Shown piece after piece: positions 28,106-37,828 of a stretch of 64,000 nt of DNA. Origin of the DNA: Polyangiales bacterium (GTDB taxonomy: Bacteria > Myxococcota_A > Polyangia > Polyangiales > Houyiibacteriaceae). Below the pieces are notes generated by a model. It was not told the DNA's origin and did no database searches. It worked only from the letters and a program-made list of their open reading frames with translations. Made by a program: the position numbers and the translations under genes. How positions within the stretch are numbered: position 1 is the stretch's first letter; every line of letters begins with the position of its first letter. The DNA lies in NCBI GenBank assembly GCA_045106895.1, contig JBGCFM010000100.1, forward strand, positions 1-64,000, written 5' to 3'.

Positions 28106-30154
28106 ATGGAACACGGAAACGACCAGCTCGCCTCGAACGAGCCCACCGGACCCATCGAGCAGCGCTGGACTGAGCATCAGGCCAAGAGCAAGCTCGTCGC
28201 GCCCCACAACCGCCGCAAGCATCGCGTCATCATCGTAGGCTCGGGCCTGGCCGGCGGTGCCGCCGCCGCCACGCTCGGTGAGCTCGGTTACGACGTCCAC
28301 TGTTTCTGCTTTCAGGACAGCCCTCGTCGCGCGCACAGCATCGCAGCTCAGGGCGGCATCAACGCCGCCAAGAACTACCAGAACGATGGCGACAGCGTGT
28401 ACCGCCTCTTCTACGACACGGTCAAAGGCGGCGACTTCCGCAGCCGTGAGTCGAACGTCTACCGACTCGCCGAGCTGAGCGTCAACATCATCGACCAGGC
28501 CGTCGCCCAGGGCGTTCCCTTCGCTCGCGAGTACGGCGGCCTCTTGGCAAACCGCTCCTTCGGCGGCGCGCAGGTCTCTCGTACGTTCTACGCGCGAGGA
28601 CAGACAGGTCAGCAGCTCTTGCTGGGCGCGTACTCCGCTCTCGAGCGACAGATCGATGCCGGGACTGTCACCATGTTCCCGCGCACCGAGATGCTCGACC
28701 TCATCATGTACGAGGGCAAAGCGCGCGGCATCGTCGCCCGCGACCTCGTGAGCGGCGAAGTCAAAGCACACACCGCAGACGTCGTCGTTCTCGCGACGGG
28801 CGGATACGGCAACGTCTTCTACCTTTCGACAAACGCCAAGGGCAGCAACGCCACCGCAGCCTGGCGCGCACACCGCCATGGCGCGCGCTTCGCGAACCCT
28901 TGCTACACGCAGATTCATCCGACGTGCATTCCCCGTTCCGGTTCCTACCAGTCGAAGCTGACGCTTATGAGCGAGTCGCTCCGAAACGACGGCCGTGTCT
29001 GGGTTCCTCGGAACAAAGAGGACGTGGAAAAAGCTCCGAAGGATATCCCGGAAGAGGACCGCTACTACTACCTTGAAGAGCGCTACCCCGCCTTCGGCAA
29101 CCTCGTGCCTCGTGACGTCGCCAGCCGAAACGCCATGTACGTCTGCGACGAGGGTCTTGGCGTGGGACAGGAAGTTGATGGCGAACGACGCGCCGTCTAC
29201 CTCGACTTCGCCAGCGCCATCATGCGGCTTGGCAAGACTGCGGCTCACGCCGGCGCGAGCAAAGCGGAAATCCGCGAGGCTGGCGAAGCCAAGGTGAAGG
29301 AGCGCTACGGCAACCTCTTCGAGATGTACGAGCGCATCACCGGCGACGACCCATACAAGACGCCAATGCGCATCTACCCCGCCACCCACTACACGATGGG
29401 CGGCCTCTGGGTAGACTACAACTTGATGACCAACGTTCGCGGGCTCTTCGCCGGCGGCGAAGCGAACTTCAGCGACCACGGCGCCAACCGCCTCGGCGCC
29501 AGCGCCCTCATGCAGGGCCTCGCCGACGGGTACTTCGTGCTTCCCTTCACGGTGGGCAACTACCTTGGGCAGCAGGTCGCTGACTCCACGGACATGGAGC
29601 GCCCAGAAGGCGTCTCCTCGATGCAGCACGCGTTCCCGCCCCTCGACGTCGATGACAAGGTTTGCACCGACGCCATCGCCAAGGTGAACGAGCGCATCGA
29701 GAAACTAATGAATGCGCCGGAGCCCAAATACGGGCCCGATCACTTCCACCGCCTTCTCGGCAACATTATCTGGAAGTACTGCGGCATGAGTCGTAGCGAA
29801 AAGGGGCTCACCAAGGCCCTTGAAGAGATTCCAAAGCTCCGCGCGGACTTCTACAAGCACATCAAGATTTCCGGTAAAACCGGCGAGTTCAACCAGACCC
29901 TTGAGAAGGCGGCGCGCGTTGCCGACTTCATGGAGCTTGGCGAACTGATGTGCCGCGATGCGCTCACTCGCGCCGAAAGCTGCGGAGGCCACTTCCGCGA
30001 AGAGCACCAGCAAGATGGTGAAGCGAAACGCAACGACGAGGAGTTCAAGCACTCCGCCGCCTGGGAGTTCAGCGGTGACCCCAGCAAGCCCATCCTCCAC
30101 AAAGAAGCGCTCACGTTCGAGTACGTCAAGCCTTCCACCCGAAGCTACAAGTAG
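28106..30154 (+). CDS. sdhA: Succinate dehydrogenase/fumarate reductase flavoprotein subunit
   Basis: [50 protein letters not shown]. Confidence 0.95.
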   Translation: MEHGNDQLASNEPTGPIEQRWTEHQAKSKLVAPHNRRKHRVIIVGSGLAGGAAAATLGELGYDVHCFCFQDSPRRAHSIAAQGGINAAKNYQNDGDSVYRLFYDTVKGGDFRSRESNVYRLAELSVNIIDQAVAQGVPFAREYGGLLANRSFGGAQVSRTFYARGQTGQQLLLGAYSALERQIDAGTVTMFPRTEMLDLIMYEGKARGIVARDLVSGEVKAHTADVVVLATGGYGNVFYLSTNAKGSNATAAWRAHRHGARFANPCYTQIHPTCIPRSGSYQSKLTLMSESLRNDGRVWVPRNKEDVEKAPKDIPEEDRYYYLEERYPAFGNLVPRDVASRNAMYVCDEGLGVGQEVDGERRAVYLDFASAIMRLGKTAAHAGASKAEIREAGEAKVKERYGNLFEMYERITGDDPYKTPMRIYPATHYTMGGLWVDYNLMTNVRGLFAGGEANFSDHGANRLGASALMQGLADGYFVLPFTVGNYLGQQVADSTDMERPEGVSSMQHAFPPLDVDDKVCTDAIAKVNERIEKLMNAPEPKYGPDHFHRLLGNIIWKYCGMSRSEKGLTKALEEIPKLRADFYKHIKISGKTGEFNQTLEKAARVADFMELGELMCRDALTRAESCGGHFREEHQQDGEAKRNDEEFKHSAAWEFSGDPSKPILHKEALTFEYVKPSTRSYK

Positions 30155-30163
30155 GGCCCAGAC

Positions 30164-30949
30164 ATGAAGAAAAAGACCATCAAGCTCAACGTTTGGCGAC
30201 AAAACGGCCCGCGCGACAAGGGTGCCTTCGAATCCTACGAAGCCGTCGACGTCAACGAGCATATGTCCTTCTTGGAGATGCTCGACACCGTCAACGAGAA
30301 GCTCATCGAGGACGACAAAGATCCCATCGCTTTCGACCATGATTGCCGTGAGGGCATCTGCGGCAGCTGCAACATGGTCATCAACGGGTACGCTCACGGT
30401 CCCCAAGAGCGCACCACTGTCTGTCAGCTCCACATGCGAAGTGTCTTCGAAGAGAAGGACATGGACGAGATCTACATCGAGCCATGGCGAGCTGCGTCCT
30501 TCCCGATCATCAAAGACCTCGTCGTCGACCGCAGCGCCTTCGACCGAATCATTCAGGCCGGTGGATACATCTCGATTCGTACGGGTGCCGCCCGCGACGC
30601 GAACGAGGCGCCCATCAGCAAAGAGGTATCTGACCACGCGATGGACGCTGCTGCGTGCATTGGTTGTGGCGCTTGCGTCGCAGCTTGTCCGAACGCTTCG
30701 GCGAGCCTCTTCACCGCCGCAAAGATCGGACACCTGGGGCTTCTTCCCCAGGGTCAGGCGGAGAAAGCCGACCGTGTCCGCAAGATGGTTGGACAGATGG
30801 ACGCCGAAGGATTCGGCTCCTGCACAAACCACGGCGAGTGCGAGAGCGCATGCCCGAAGGGCATCTCCATCGACTGGATCGCGCGCATGAACCGCGAGTT
30901 CGTGAAGTCGATGATCGTCGCCAAGGACAACGTCGAAGCCCGCGACTAG
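30164..30949 (+). CDS. sdhB: Succinate dehydrogenase/fumarate reductase iron-sulfur subunit
   Basis: [33 protein letters not shown]. Confidence 0.95.
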   Translation: MKKKTIKLNVWRQNGPRDKGAFESYEAVDVNEHMSFLEMLDTVNEKLIEDDKDPIAFDHDCREGICGSCNMVINGYAHGPQERTTVCQLHMRSVFEEKDMDEIYIEPWRAASFPIIKDLVVDRSAFDRIIQAGGYISIRTGAARDANEAPISKEVSDHAMDAAACIGCGACVAACPNASASLFTAAKIGHLGLLPQGQAEKADRVRKMVGQMDAEGFGSCTNHGECESACPKGISIDWIARMNREFVKSMIVAKDNVEARD

Positions 30950-31080
30950 CAACGGTCTCCAACGGCTGGCGCAACTTGTGCCACCGAGTCTTCTTCGAGG
31001 GTCTCGCGTCATAGACGCGAGGCCTTTGTTGGTTAATTTCCGTAGAAACGGATTGGTACAGGCCTTGCTCTAGTGAGGGC

Positions 31081-32643
31081 ATGACTTACTCCCTACGCGT
31101 CCTGAGACGCTGCGCGGCGGCATCGCTCGCGCTTCTACTTATCCCAAGTGTCGCCGGCGCCGTATGCCGTGTGATCGAACCTTCCACCGGCGAAGACACC
31201 GTCGCTTTCGACCCGACGACCACCGTTCTCGTCGTTCAAGCCCCCGACCAGGTTGTCGAATGGCTGTGCCCAATCCAACGCACGCTTGAACCCTGGGGAG
31301 ACCCAGAGCCTGAGACCCAAGAACGAAACCTCTTCCCGAGCGACGACGATGACGAGGAAGACAGCGACGGAGACGATGCGCCCTTCGATCCATCCGTCTG
31401 CTGGGACGGCTCCGCCGCGGAGCCTGTCTACGACACTCTCACGCACGTCGTTGTTCAGCCTTCCGTCTATGCACGCGGCGGCCGCGCAGGTCTCGTGATG
31501 CCAATCCATCGCCGCGCTGATGTCAACGCCGGGCCCGGCGACGTCATGACTCTCGTGGCCGGGCTCCAGGACGCCTGGGTTGAAGAAGCGCTCGAGTTCG
31601 AAGAGGACCGCAGCCTTGGGCTTCAGTGCTCCGACCCTCACTACGCCAGCGCCGAGGGCACCAACGGCTTTGTTCTGCCCTCGCCTTTGATGCTCTACGG
31701 ATGTGGTGACGACGGGAGCGAGTTCTACCGCCCCGGCCTCGAAGGCGGCGAGACGAGCGTCGTGGAGTACTCGGATGGTGAGAGCGTCGAGTTCGAGCAG
31801 ATCCCCGTCAGCGACGACTACACCGCAACGGTGCTCAGCGCGACCTCGGAAGACGCCCTCTTTCAGTGGATGGATGACAACAACTTTGCCCATGACGCCG
31901 TCGACGACGCCGCCTTTGCGAAATACGTGGGCGAAGGTCAGTGGTTTGTCGCCCTCGACGTACACCCTGAGGATCTCGGTGGAGAGCAGCGCGCCCTTGC
32001 GCCCATTGTCGTCACCTACCGCGGGGACTCGTTTCCCATCACGCACGAGCTGAGCTTCGACCCGGAAGGCGGCATCATCGAGACCGACCTCTTCGTTCTG
32101 GCGCCGCAGCGCATGGCCGTCGAAGACGGGGACTCCCTCGTGACCTACGCCGGAGAGTTCAGCCTCGACGTCTTCGAGGATGCCGACCTCAACCGCTTCG
32201 GCCTCACTCAAGGTTGGCTTACGCGGATCCACATGGAACGCCGGATGTCCGACATCCTTCAGCTCGACACGCAACTCGTGGTCGAAGAAGGCCCCGAAGC
32301 ACTGGAAGAGGTGATCCCGACGATTGAGCGAACGACGCGTGTCCGCATCGCCCAGGCGTGCTGTCCCGGCAACGCCATCCCGGACTCCGACGCACCGGGC
32401 CGAATGTACAACGACTCCCGCCGCTACCGTCTCAGCGAAGCCCCCGACGACAGCACGCTCTTCTACATGACCCCTGAGATGGACCCCGACTTCTGTTACG
32501 GCGGCGCGTCGTACGACGAAGTGGGCTACGGCGGAAGCGATGACTATGGCTGCACCGTCGCCGGCGCCACGGCATCGTACTCGCCGCTCTTTCTCGCGCT
32601 CTTTATCGTCTGGCGTAAACGGCGACGCGCCGCGAAGGCGTAA
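31081..32643 (+). CDS. DUF2330-like secreted protein with a MYXO-CTERM-like sorting tail
   Basis: Signal peptide AGA-VC, YTATVLSA...LFQWMDDNNF, YVGEGQWFVA, C-terminal GCTVAG + hydrophobic stretch + RKRRR. Confidence 0.65.
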   Translation: MTYSLRVLRRCAAASLALLLIPSVAGAVCRVIEPSTGEDTVAFDPTTTVLVVQAPDQVVEWLCPIQRTLEPWGDPEPETQERNLFPSDDDDEEDSDGDDAPFDPSVCWDGSAAEPVYDTLTHVVVQPSVYARGGRAGLVMPIHRRADVNAGPGDVMTLVAGLQDAWVEEALEFEEDRSLGLQCSDPHYASAEGTNGFVLPSPLMLYGCGDDGSEFYRPGLEGGETSVVEYSDGESVEFEQIPVSDDYTATVLSATSEDALFQWMDDNNFAHDAVDDAAFAKYVGEGQWFVALDVHPEDLGGEQRALAPIVVTYRGDSFPITHELSFDPEGGIIETDLFVLAPQRMAVEDGDSLVTYAGEFSLDVFEDADLNRFGLTQGWLTRIHMERRMSDILQLDTQLVVEEGPEALEEVIPTIERTTRVRIAQACCPGNAIPDSDAPGRMYNDSRRYRLSEAPDDSTLFYMTPEMDPDFCYGGASYDEVGYGGSDDYGCTVAGATASYSPLFLALFIVWRKRRRAAKA

Positions 32644-32728
32644 CCTAGACTTCACAACACACAGGCAATGCGCGACAACATTGCACCGACGTGAACGCCG
32701 AGTTTTCATAAAGCACGACGTTCTCCTA

Positions 32729-32744
32729 TGGAACGAAGCATGCA
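32729..32744 (+). promoter_or_regulatory. Sigma54 -24/-12 promoter
   Basis: TGGAACGAAGCATGCA (GG-N10-GC). Predicted +1 near 32755, ATG at 32758. Confidence 0.55.
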
Positions 32745-32757
32745 TTGCGCAAGGGTC

Positions 32758-33390
32758 ATGAACCTTACCTCGCGCTTTGCAGTCGCTTCGTTTCTCGCTT
32801 TATCGTCGCTGTGTTTTCAGACGTCCGCGTCGGCGCAAGATTCATTGAACGAAACGAGTTCGAGCGGCAACGATTTGCCGTGGGGTGAACGCCACGCATT
32901 CGACCGAGACTTTGCTGGAGCCGTGTATGGCCTTGGCTGGGCCGGCCCCTACGAAGGATACGGTGGTGGGTTGCGCCTTCGTTGGGAGCCCTTCGACAAG
33001 CTCGGTGTCGAGGTCTACTCAGAGCACCTCCGCGTGGACGACCCCGATGGCGTTCGGCACGACCACCCGATCGGCTTCAATCTTTATGTCCCATTTCGAC
33101 TGACGGAGAACTTTCGGGTTCGTCCGCTCTTCGGTTTTTGCAGCGTCTTCAGCTTCGTTCACCCCTCGCAGACGGGCGCCGACCGCATCGACGACATTCA
33201 GTTTGGCGTCCACGCGGGGGCCGGCATCGAGTATGCGCTCGGGCGCTTCGTGTCTCTCTTCTTCGATGCCCAGATCACGTCGTACTTTGGTCATGGACGC
33301 ACCAGCGGTGGCTGGTCCACCCACGTCGGAGACAACGTCGACATGTGGTTCATCGGCGCCGGAGCTCTCGGTGTCCAGGTTCATCTCTGA
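32758..33390 (+). CDS. Outer-membrane beta-barrel protein
   Basis: Signal peptide ASA-Q, GGGLRLRW, FGVHAGAGIEY, C-terminal GALGVQVHL. Confidence 0.7.
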   Translation: MNLTSRFAVASFLALSSLCFQTSASAQDSLNETSSSGNDLPWGERHAFDRDFAGAVYGLGWAGPYEGYGGGLRLRWEPFDKLGVEVYSEHLRVDDPDGVRHDHPIGFNLYVPFRLTENFRVRPLFGFCSVFSFVHPSQTGADRIDDIQFGVHAGAGIEYALGRFVSLFFDAQITSYFGHGRTSGGWSTHVGDNVDMWFIGAGALGVQVHL

Positions 33391-33394
33391 GGTA

Positions 33395-34009
33395 TTACTC
33401 GGCAGTTCGTCGGCGACGACGTAGCCACGCGACGACGCCGACGAGCACGACGCCGGCGAGGACAACGTACGCCGCGCGCTGATAGCGCGAGAACATGCGC
33501 TCGAGCTCTTCGATGTTCGTTCCTACGGAAAAGCCAAGCGCCAGAATGCCGCCGTTCCACAGCGCGGCGCTGAGCCCTCCCCAGAGAATCACAGCACGCA
33601 GTCGGAGACCGGAGATCCCGGCGGCGACGAAGAAGAGCGCGCGGAACGCAGGAACGAACCGATTGATGGCGAGGTACACCGCCCCACGCTTTTCGAAGCG
33701 CTCTTGAAGCGTCACGAGGTTCTCCTGGGCGTTCGGCGTTCGCAGAAACGCGGGCCACTGGTCTTGATGGCGGCCCAGGGAACGTCCGAAGGCCCACGCG
33801 GCGACGCCGCCGACGAGGGAGCCTAACGTGAGAACCATCCAAACCGACCACCACGCCAGCCCAGCCGTGGCCGAGAGCGCGGCCCCCGCTAGCGTGACGC
33901 TGTCCCCCGGGAAAGGCGGAAAAACGTACTCGATGAGTGCGCCAAGCCCGAGAAGCGCGTGTGTGAGCACTGGCCCGAGCCCCGAAAACCAATCCAATGC
34001 CTCCTGCAC
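33395..34009 (-). CDS. DedA-family membrane protein
   Basis: IEYVFPPFPGD, GSLVG, RFVPAFR, AAG, SAALW. Confidence 0.9.
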   Translation of the reverse strand: MQEALDWFSGLGPVLTHALLGLGALIEYVFPPFPGDSVTLAGAALSATAGLAWWSVWMVLTLGSLVGGVAAWAFGRSLGRHQDQWPAFLRTPNAQENLVTLQERFEKRGAVYLAINRFVPAFRALFFVAAGISGLRLRAVILWGGLSAALWNGGILALGFSVGTNIEELERMFSRYQRAAYVVLAGVVLVGVVAWLRRRRRTAE

Positions 34010-34066
34010 CGGCTCAACCTAGTGCTGGGTGAGGGAAGGCGCATCCTCCCGTGGTAGTTTGGCAAC

Positions 34067-34924
34067 GTGCGCCGCGTGCTCCGACTTATCGCACCTTCGG
34101 GAATCGTCGCCGAAGATGACTTTCATGCTGGCGTCGCGTTCCTCCGGGAGCATTTCGAAGTCCGCTACCGAGACGATGTCTTGTCGCGGAATGGTTTTCT
34201 CGCGGGGAGCGACGAACGTCGACTCGACGAAGTGCACGAAGCTCTCGCCGACGAAGACGCCGACGCCATCGTCGCCGTCCGCGGCGGACATGGCGCTCTT
34301 CGCATCGTGGACGAACTTGACCTGGGCCTCCTACGTCGGGCCGCCAAACCCATCATCGGTTTCAGCGACATCACTGCCCTTCATCTCGCTTGGGCGCGCG
34401 TCGGTGCTCCTTCGCTCCACGCGTCCATGGTCGGTGCTCTGGGACGTAACGCGAGCATCCGAATCGAATGGCTCCGCTCCCTCGAGTCGCTCTTTCAAGA
34501 AGCTCCGACGACGTTGAACGACCTCGACGTTTGGACCCCTGGCGACGCGGCAGGGACCCTCCTCGGAGGAAACCTCCGGGTCATCGCTTCCCTCCTCGGA
34601 ACTTCCTACGTGCCCAAGTTCGACGGCGCGCTTCTTCTGTTGGAAGACGTCGGTGAGCGCGCCTACCGGGTCGACCGCCTCCTGACCACGTTGCGCCTTC
34701 ACGGGGTTTTCGACGGCATCGCAGGCGTTGTACTCGGGGACTTCTACGAATGTCATCCAAGCGAAGGGGTCAGCGCGAAAGAGGTGCTTCAGGCGTTCTT
34801 CGCCGACGCTCCTTTCCCCGTCCTAGCCGGTCTTCCTGTGGGACATGGCGAGAAGAACGCCGCGCTCGTTCTTGGCCGGACGGCGCGGATTCACTCAGGC
34901 GGCAGCCTCAGCACGGGGCACTGA
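34067..34924 (+). CDS. ldcA: LD-carboxypeptidase (peptidase S66)
   Basis: IAPSG, RGGHG, IGFSDIT, GGNL, LLEDVGE, PVGH (Ser-Glu-His triad). Confidence 0.88.
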   Translation: MRRVLRLIAPSGIVAEDDFHAGVAFLREHFEVRYRDDVLSRNGFLAGSDERRLDEVHEALADEDADAIVAVRGGHGALRIVDELDLGLLRRAAKPIIGFSDITALHLAWARVGAPSLHASMVGALGRNASIRIEWLRSLESLFQEAPTTLNDLDVWTPGDAAGTLLGGNLRVIASLLGTSYVPKFDGALLLLEDVGERAYRVDRLLTTLRLHGVFDGIAGVVLGDFYECHPSEGVSAKEVLQAFFADAPFPVLAGLPVGHGEKNAALVLGRTARIHSGGSLSTGH

Positions 34925-34934
34925 GAAGTCGCGC

Positions 34935-35519
34935 TTAGATGCGCCGGTCGAGGCCAATGAGCGTGAAGAGCTCCATCCGGGTCATCGAGCTCTCAAGGAA
35001 TGTTCCGTGGAGCTTGCTGGTCGTCGTCCACGCGCCCGGCTTTCGAACTCCGCGATGACACATGCAGTAATGCTGGGCCTGCATGATGACGGCCACGCCG
35101 AGTGGATCGAGGGCGCTCTGAATCGCATCCGCGATCTGCGCCGTAAGCTTCTCCTGAACCTGCAGGCGCTTGGCGAACACATCAACAACGCGGGCGAGCT
35201 TCGAAAGCCCGACCACTTTGCCTCGAGGAATGTACGCGACATGAGCCTTGCCGACGAAGGGCACCATGTGGTGCTCACAGTGGCTGTAGAACTCGATATC
35301 GCTGACCAGAACGATCTCATCGTAGCCTTCGACCTCCTCAAAGGTCTTCGCCAGGTATGTCTCTGGGTCTTGTTCGTACCCCGCGAAGTGCTCGGAGAAG
35401 GCGCGCATCACGCGTCCGGGGGTCTCAAGGAGACCCTCGCGGGTCGGGTCATCGCCGATGTACTTCAGGATTACCCGGACGGCGTCCATCACTTCTTGCT
35501 GCTCTTTGTCGGTGCTCAT
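34935..35519 (-). CDS. folE: GTP cyclohydrolase I
   Basis: [33 protein letters not shown]. The start may be 35549. Confidence 0.95.
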   Translation of the reverse strand: MSTDKEQQEVMDAVRVILKYIGDDPTREGLLETPGRVMRAFSEHFAGYEQDPETYLAKTFEEVEGYDEIVLVSDIEFYSHCEHHMVPFVGKAHVAYIPRGKVVGLSKLARVVDVFAKRLQVQEKLTAQIADAIQSALDPLGVAVIMQAQHYCMCHRGVRKPGAWTTTSKLHGTFLESSMTRMELFTLIGLDRRI

Positions 35520-35585
35520 CGTTTGTCTCGTTTCTGGGGAGCTCGCCACACTGCGCTGTCGCGCTGACTATGGCACAATCGCCCG

Positions 35586-35795
35586 GTGACGCAGTCCGCA
35601 CTACGCAGCATTGGGGTCGTTCTCATCATCCTTGGAGCCGTCGGCTTCCTCGACGGGATGGAAATGATACAAGTTCGCTCGCGTTTCATTACGTGGATGG
35701 AAAACTGGGGCCAAGATACCGCCTGGGTCATCCGAATCGCCACTGGCCTCGTGGGCGCTTCCCTGCTTTTTCTCACGCCCCGGGCGGACGATTAG
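35586..35795 (+). CDS. Small two-TM membrane protein
   Basis: Two hydrophobic helices around WMENWG. CACAAT lies 6 nt before the GTG. Confidence 0.55.
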   Translation: MTQSALRSIGVVLIILGAVGFLDGMEMIQVRSRFITWMENWGQDTAWVIRIATGLVGASLLFLTPRADD

Positions 35796-35857
35796 ACGAA
35801 GCGAAAATCAGGTCGGGCTTGATTGAATATCGAGGGAATGCGACCGTCGCACAGACT

Positions 35858-36730
35858 ATGCGCACGCTCACCCTCATCACACTTCTCTCGGCCGCCTGCG
35901 TTCTAAGTGCCGGCCCAGCTCACGCTCAACGCGGACACTACGTCGACCCATCAAGTCAGCTTACCCAAGCCCTTGCGACGTTTTCACAGCAGGCACAACG
36001 GATTCGGGGTGGCGGCATCGCCCAAGCGGTAAATCGTCTTCAACGAACGATGAGTCGCCAACCGGGCAACATTCAACTCGTCGCCCAGCGCTACAACGAA
36101 CTTCGGCGCCTTCTTCACGGCGTCGCGATCAACGATGTACAGATTCTGGATGCCTGGGACGCGGTGGTTCACAGCTACCGTGAGTACGCCGGGTCGGGTG
36201 CGGGCGTTGTCATTCAGCCTCCCCAGGGCGTCGTCGTCGCTCCGCCGGTTCAAGGGCATCAAGGACAACACTACTTCCAGGGCACCTTCGAAAATACGCC
36301 GGTGACCTTCGCTGGCAACAGCCCGGACGAGGTCTTCCAGCGCTGCTCCCAGTTCATGTCGCACGCACGAATCACCCAGGTGGACGACATCAGCGTCAAC
36401 GGACAGCGCTACCGCAATGGCCCAAGCTTCTGGCAGAACGACGCACTCTGCAGCATCGCTGCATTGAACTCGGCGCCCGCACACACCGTTCAGATTCGCG
36501 GCGACGCGGAAGGCACACCCTTCGCGATCGGCGCTGGCCAGCAGCGAGTTCTTCAGGTCTACCTGCCGCGAGCCCTCACTTCGCTCCACGTGGATGACCT
36601 CACGATCAACGGCCAGGCCTACCACAATCAGGCCAGCTTCTGGAACGCCAACGAAGTCCTCAACATGATCCTGTCCCAGGCTCGCGGAATTCCGCAGAAC
36701 CGCGTGCGTCGCCGACGACCTCGCCGATGA
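35858..36730 (+). CDS. Secreted hypothetical protein with a duplicated domain
   Basis: Signal peptide AHA-Q. Internal repeat VDDISVNGQRYRNGPSFW / VDDLTINGQAYHNQASFW. Confidence 0.7.
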   Translation: MRTLTLITLLSAACVLSAGPAHAQRGHYVDPSSQLTQALATFSQQAQRIRGGGIAQAVNRLQRTMSRQPGNIQLVAQRYNELRRLLHGVAINDVQILDAWDAVVHSYREYAGSGAGVVIQPPQGVVVAPPVQGHQGQHYFQGTFENTPVTFAGNSPDEVFQRCSQFMSHARITQVDDISVNGQRYRNGPSFWQNDALCSIAALNSAPAHTVQIRGDAEGTPFAIGAGQQRVLQVYLPRALTSLHVDDLTINGQAYHNQASFWNANEVLNMILSQARGIPQNRVRRRRPRR

Positions 36731-37428
36731 GCGAAGAAGGCGCTCCTCAAGCGCCACTTGGCAAAGAAGCGCCACGCCTTGGGCCCCTTCGGGCCCTCGG
36801 GTGGCTCTTTGTTTTTGGGCTCGTCGCTGGCGGCGTGCTGGTCGGGGCCCTGGCCTACCGGATGCTGGCGCCAACGCCCGAGCCGGTGGAGACGATCATT
36901 CGCGAGACGCCGGATGTGGTTCGTGCCGTTCAAGACTTGGCTCGCCTCGAGAGCGCGCGCATGCATATGGAACGAGTCGTCGATCTCCGGGATCGCGGCT
37001 CGAGTCTCTTCGGTCTCGTCGAAACCGAAGACGCCATCCTCTTGGTTGCTGCGGCGGACGTGAGCGCAGGCGTCGACCTCACTCGGATGCAAGACGGAGA
37101 CGTCATCATCGAACCGGACCTCCAGCGCGCCACCATCGTCTTGCCGCCGCCGGAGATCTTTGAGGCGCGTTTGGACAACGAACACACCTACGTCCACACC
37201 CGAGAGACCAGCACCCTCGCCGAACCCTCGGCGGGCCTTGAGACACGCGCGCGACAGGAAGCGGAGCGGACCCTGCGTTCGTCCGCCGAAAGCGCAGGCC
37301 TTCTTGAACGCGCTCGCCAAAACGCGAAAACGACCATCATGGCGCTCGTACGCAGCCTCGGTTTCGACGAAGTCGAGGTTCGTTTTAGCGACGAAGCTCA
37401 CTCGGGAACCGTCGAGACATTGGATTGA
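36727..37428 (+). CDS. DUF4230-like membrane-anchored protein
   Basis: N-terminal TM, LARLES, VSAGVDL, LPPPEI, GLLERARQNA, LGFDEVEVRF. ATGA overlap with the upstream gene. Confidence 0.75.
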   Translation: MSEEGAPQAPLGKEAPRLGPLRALGWLFVFGLVAGGVLVGALAYRMLAPTPEPVETIIRETPDVVRAVQDLARLESARMHMERVVDLRDRGSSLFGLVETEDAILLVAAADVSAGVDLTRMQDGDVIIEPDLQRATIVLPPPEIFEARLDNEHTYVHTRETSTLAEPSAGLETRARQEAERTLRSSAESAGLLERARQNAKTTIMALVRSLGFDEVEVRFSDEAHSGTVETLD

Positions 37429-37547
37429 GCCCGACGGGGCATCTCTGGGGTAATCACGCCCCACCTGGTGTCCACAGTCCCCGCCTAACGATGTCAGCGT
37501 GGCCTATTTGTCCGCCGATCTACGTTTCTTCGAACCGCAACGCTAAA

Positions 37548-37563
37548 TGGCACGTACATTGCT
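37548..37563 (+). promoter_or_regulatory. Consensus sigma54 -24/-12 promoter of the pilin gene
   Basis: TGGCACGTACATTGCT, an exact match to TGGCACG-N4-TTGCW. Confidence 0.85.
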
Positions 37564-37576
37564 GTACATGACCACC

Positions 37577-37765
37577 ATGGACGACAGACCCCAGCGCACC
37601 CTAGAGTCGCTCAAGGATGACGACGCCGGCCTTACCACCGTTGAGTACATCATCATCCTCGCGCTCATCGCTATCGCGGCGATCGGCGCGTGGAATGTGT
37701 TTGGAGGCTCCATTGAAACTCAAGCCCGCGGCTCCTCCACGACCATTGGTGGTCTTCCCCGCTGA
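37577..37765 (+). CDS. flp: Flp/Fap (Tad-type) pilin
   Basis: DDAG|LTTVEY prepilin/Flp motif and a hydrophobic helix, 62 aa. Start chosen downstream of the sigma54 promoter. Confidence 0.85.
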   Translation: MDDRPQRTLESLKDDDAGLTTVEYIIILALIAIAAIGAWNVFGGSIETQARGSSTTIGGLPR

Positions 37766-37828
37766 CCCCACCCAGTGACGCCCGCTCATTCCGCTCATTT
37801 TCTCACCCCGGCCCTTCGAAAGTCAACG

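Noticed and set aside
27833..32745. Long minus-strand ORFs (598, 435 and 536 aa) opposite sdhAB and the DUF2330-like gene
   Set aside because: Antisense shadows of well-supported genes.
35357..35857. N-terminal extension of the 457-aa ORF
   Set aside because: It overlaps folE and a small gene, and the signal peptide begins at 35858.
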